The notes under the pieces are model-generated. The model was not told the origin of the DNA. It worked only from the letters and a program-made list of their open reading frames with translations, and did no database searches. A stretch of DNA of 38,305 nt from Clostridia bacterium. GTDB lineage: Bacteria > UBA6262 > WVXT01 > JAUXBS01. Position 1 is the first letter of the stretch, and each line of letters begins with the position of its first letter. The stretch lies in the NCBI GenBank assembly GCA_030618495.1, contig JAUXDE010000002.1, positions 1 through 38,305 on the forward strand, written 5' to 3'. The translations under genes and the position numbers were made by a program. Shown one piece after another: positions 37,823 through 38,305 of this stretch.

Positions 37823-38280
37823 TTCAGTATTTCCTCTTCTTTCTTTCTCATTTTTACAGCGTCTTTTTTTCTTTCGTGGTCATAACCAAACAGGTGCAAA
37901 ACCCCGTGCGCGCATAGAAGCGTCAATTCTTTCTTCAGTGAATGATTGAACTTTACGGCCTGGCTTCGCGCCCTTTCAATCGAAATAAAAATGTCCCCGC
38001 CATACACCCTGTTGCCGTGAAAATCGAAGCCGGCGGATTTTCCCGAAAACCCGGAAACCGAAGGGAAAGCAATTACATCCGTAGCCCTGTTAACCTTTCT
38101 GTATTTCCTGTTTATAAGCCTTATGCGGCTGTTATTAACAACCGTTAAACTGATTTCAACCGGAGAAAACCGGACACCCGCATAATGAATGCTTTTTTCC
38201 ACAACCTTTCTAATATGACTCCTATTAAACCGAATCTTATTTTGAAGGTTTCTTATCAGAATCTCTATTTTCATTCTCAT
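37807..38280 (-). CDS. ybeY: rRNA maturation endoribonuclease YbeY
   Basis: Zinc motif HGVLHLFGYDH (H-x3-H-x5-H). The start is uncertain; ATG 38280 has GGAG 10 nt upstream, and the track gives GTG 38298. Confidence 0.85.
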   Translation of the reverse strand: MRMKIEILIRNLQNKIRFNRSHIRKVVEKSIHYAGVRFSPVEISLTVVNNSRIRLINRKYRKVNRATDVIAFPSVSGFSGKSAGFDFHGNRVYGGDIFISIERARSQAVKFNHSLKKELTLLCAHGVLHLFGYDHERKKDAVKMRKKEEEILNCLNL

Positions 38281-38305
38281 TGGTGTCATACTCCACACGT
38301 GTATG

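Noticed and set aside
36269-38298. Absence of era between dgkA and recO, considered as a deletion or anomaly
   Set aside because: The ybeY-dgkA-(era)-recO-glyQS order is conserved in Firmicutes, but era is encoded elsewhere in many lineages. There is no remnant sequence or gap here (the junctions are 33 nt or overlapping), so nothing suggests a recent loss.

Overview
This window is a gene-dense, mostly minus-strand chromosomal segment from a diderm bacterium (LptD homologue, PorV-like outer-membrane barrel), probably an uncultured lineage. All product calls come from motif recognition only, because no database search was possible. About 85% of the genes are housekeeping. They fall into tightly coupled operons: NDP-sugar genes with lptD; ROK kinase-folC-accD-trpB2-hisI-hisA-hisB-murA; prmC-prfA-rpmE-tyrS; and ybeY-dgkA/PAP2-recO-glyQ-glyS-ppdK. 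I saw no rRNA, tRNA, CRISPR array, transposase or integrase. The one clearly accessory block lies at 18163-30627. It holds a 2730-aa secreted protein with a T9SS-type C-terminal sorting domain, followed 21 nt later by a PorV/PorQ-like barrel. Transcribed divergently from these are a GT-C (ArnT/PMT-like) membrane glycosyltransferase and a B12-binding radical SAM enzyme. The shared intergenic region carries a near-consensus sigma70 promoter and a perfect TGTGA-N6-TCACA palindrome. Other unexplained structure: (1) a 74-nt perfect palindromic element in two identical, mutually inverted copies 6.4 kb apart; (2) a second long inverted repeat (27-bp arms) with a related arm core, and both elements supply the last codons and stop codon of the adjacent gene; (3) an untracked 29-codon ultra-basic ORF with a strong Shine-Dalgarno next to rpmE; (4) several genes whose ATG lies 6-8 nt after a -10 box, suggesting leaderless mRNAs; (5) a DgkA-PAP2 fusion; (6) a partial nucleotidyltransferase CDS at the left edge that the ORF track missed.
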